A stretch of 62,941 nucleotides of DNA, counting the filler. It is 4 parts of 4 records of this genome, joined end to end, with 100 filler letters (N's around TTAATTAATTAA, not from the genome) between each part and the next. Parts side by side here need not be neighbours in the genome. Positions count along the whole stretch, not along the records: positions 57,908 to 62,941 come from SRR31156797_12007; 3 more parts are not named here. One strand, 5' to 3'. Positions 61,576-62,941 of the stretch are shown here, piece by piece (position 1 is the stretch's first letter; each line of letters starts with the position of its first letter). The notes under the pieces are model-generated. The model was given only the letters and a program-made list of their open reading frames with translations, had not been told where the DNA came from and searched no databases. The position numbers were made by a program, and so were the translations under genes.

Positions 61576-62941
61576 GTGGCAAGATATCTCATGAAAGATG
61601 CAGTTGTAATGACGTTGCTGAAAGATTCTCTTAAAGAGTATGAAGAGGGATACATCCTTTTTGAAAATGAAGATGAATGGCGCAAACTGTTTTTTAAAGA
61701 TGGAAAGATAACAAGTGCCTCTTCAAGCAGCAAATCTGATTACCTCGGGCAGTATATGATATCTTTTGGTGTCATTAACATAGAGCAATTCGAAGATGCA
61801 TATAAGGAAGGGCATGAAACAAAGGAAAACATGGAAGCGGTAATTCAGTATGCCACTCCAGAAGTTCTGAGAATGTTAATAATTGAGAAGGTCGTAAACT
61901 CAATCTTTGTCGCTACCAGATGGCCAGAAGGTGAATATTCAGTAATTTGCGAGAAACAGGAAAAATACTTTGATGTTGATATAGAGCTCTCATTAAAAGA
62001 TGTAGAGTCAGGATTGAAAGAAAGAATAGTGGAGTTTCAGGGAATACTTGAAACGGTCCCTGAGCTGGGTGGAAGACCGAAAATTGACTACATGGAGTCA
62101 AGAGGGTATGAGATTTCTCACCAGAAAGAGATAATTTTAAACCATCTAGTCGCAGGTAAAACTTTGGTGGAGATCTTGGAGATCCTGCCTGCTCATAATT
62201 ACCTCCTTTTCAAGTGTATATACAAACTTATTCGAATGGGGATACTTTTAAAAGGACCAGGGGTTCCACTTTCAAAAGAGGACGTTCTTGAGTTGGTTAA
62301 TAGATCTGAAAAAAGTAAGAGACCTGCTCCTCAGGTGACCGACTTTTCTCTTGATGCCTCAACGGTTGAAAAAGCATATGTGGAAATGGGAGAGAACAAA
62401 TATAGGACAGCTATTGCAAGGTACCAGAAGCTGACAGAAGTTTATCCTGATAATCCTCTGTACGCACATATGTGTGATCAGGCCAAGTCTTGTTTTATTG
62501 TTCTTTTTTATAATAATAGACTTTCTCCGTTTTCTGTTGTGGAACTTGTTGGAGATATCAAGGATGTTCCTGATGTGTCTCAACTTGATACCGAACTGTT
62601 CTATGAACTTCAGAAAAATGAAGATAAAAAGTCGTCCGTTAGACGTCTTATAAAGTCTATGGATGACAGAAATGAGATCGATATTCTGACATCTCTCAGC
62701 AAATTAATGGAATCCAGTTTTATAAAGGAATCAGAGCCTGACACCCTTATAAACGCAATAAAACTTGGAAGAAACGATATTTATGAGGATCTTTTTAATA
62801 AAAAAGAGAAAAACACGCTTTTTGATGTAAATATTACAGATAATCTTACACCCTTAATGCTTTCCTCTGTTACGGGAAACTATCCTGAAGAAATTGCTGA
62901 GGAATTTGGTGTCCAGAAATTTGAAAAGGGTGCTGAACCAG
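61576..62941 (+). CDS. DUF4388 (PatA-N)-like protein with TPR- and ankyrin-like segments (3' end truncated)
   Basis: Missing from the track because there is no stop in the window. Starts at GTG 61576 after GAGGGG. Contains LFFKDGKITSASS...YLGQYMI...WPEGEY and TPLML near the edge. Confidence 0.7.
   Translation, partial: MARYLMKDAVVMTLLKDSLKEYEEGYILFENEDEWRKLFFKDGKITSASSSSKSDYLGQYMISFGVINIEQFEDAYKEGHETKENMEAVIQYATPEVLRMLIIEKVVNSIFVATRWPEGEYSVICEKQEKYFDVDIELSLKDVESGLKERIVEFQGILETVPELGGRPKIDYMESRGYEISHQKEIILNHLVAGKTLVEILEILPAHNYLLFKCIYKLIRMGILLKGPGVPLSKEDVLELVNRSEKSKRPAPQVTDFSLDASTVEKAYVEMGENKYRTAIARYQKLTEVYPDNPLYAHMCDQAKSCFIVLFYNNRLSPFSVVELVGDIKDVPDVSQLDTELFYELQKNEDKKSSVRRLIKSMDDRNEIDILTSLSKLMESSFIKESEPDTLINAIKLGRNDIYEDLFNKKEKNTLFDVNITDNLTPLMLSSVTGNYPEEIAEEFGVQKFEKGAEP

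Noticed and set aside
1-62941. CRISPR arrays, tRNA/rRNA genes, IS transposases, reverse transcriptases
   Set aside because: I saw no regularly spaced repeats, no tRNA or rRNA signatures, and no DDE or RT motifs.

Overview
This window is not one locus. It is four unrelated contigs joined by artificial 100-bp linkers (N44-TTAATTAATTAA-N44) at 14559-14658, 39562-39661 and 57808-57907. (1) 1-14558, Vibrio-like: tdh-kbl, a sigma54-driven aldehyde dehydrogenase with a divergent AcoR-like activator, an HD-GYP protein, a LysR regulator, a VOC protein, ectABC-ask, and a divergent, truncated Qrr sRNA with its sigma54 and LuxO sites. (2) 14659-39561, AT-rich and Campylobacterota-like: a 1688-aa S-layer-type protein and a 624-aa paralog flank an ABC-transporter-dependent (Wzm/Wzt) glycan cluster, followed by thiE, accD and partial metK. 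(3) 39662-57807, a low-GC anaerobe (Fusobacteriota- or Clostridia-like): pyc, marC, ycdX and livF surround an 8,049-bp element bounded by direct repeats of a dif-like site. The element has no integrase. It encodes an HUH rolling-circle Rep, an HTH protein, an SSB-like protein, an M15 endolysin and a set of unrecognised candidate virion proteins, and I see no Zot/packaging ATPase, inovirus-type coat or microvirus capsid. This apparent Xer-integrated, lysis-competent ssDNA-type prophage is the most interesting object here. (4) 57908-62941, unassigned bacterium: a PAS histidine kinase, a small secreted Cys/His protein, an LTA-synthase-family protein and a DUF4388-like protein. Family and taxon calls come from motif recognition only; no searches were run.
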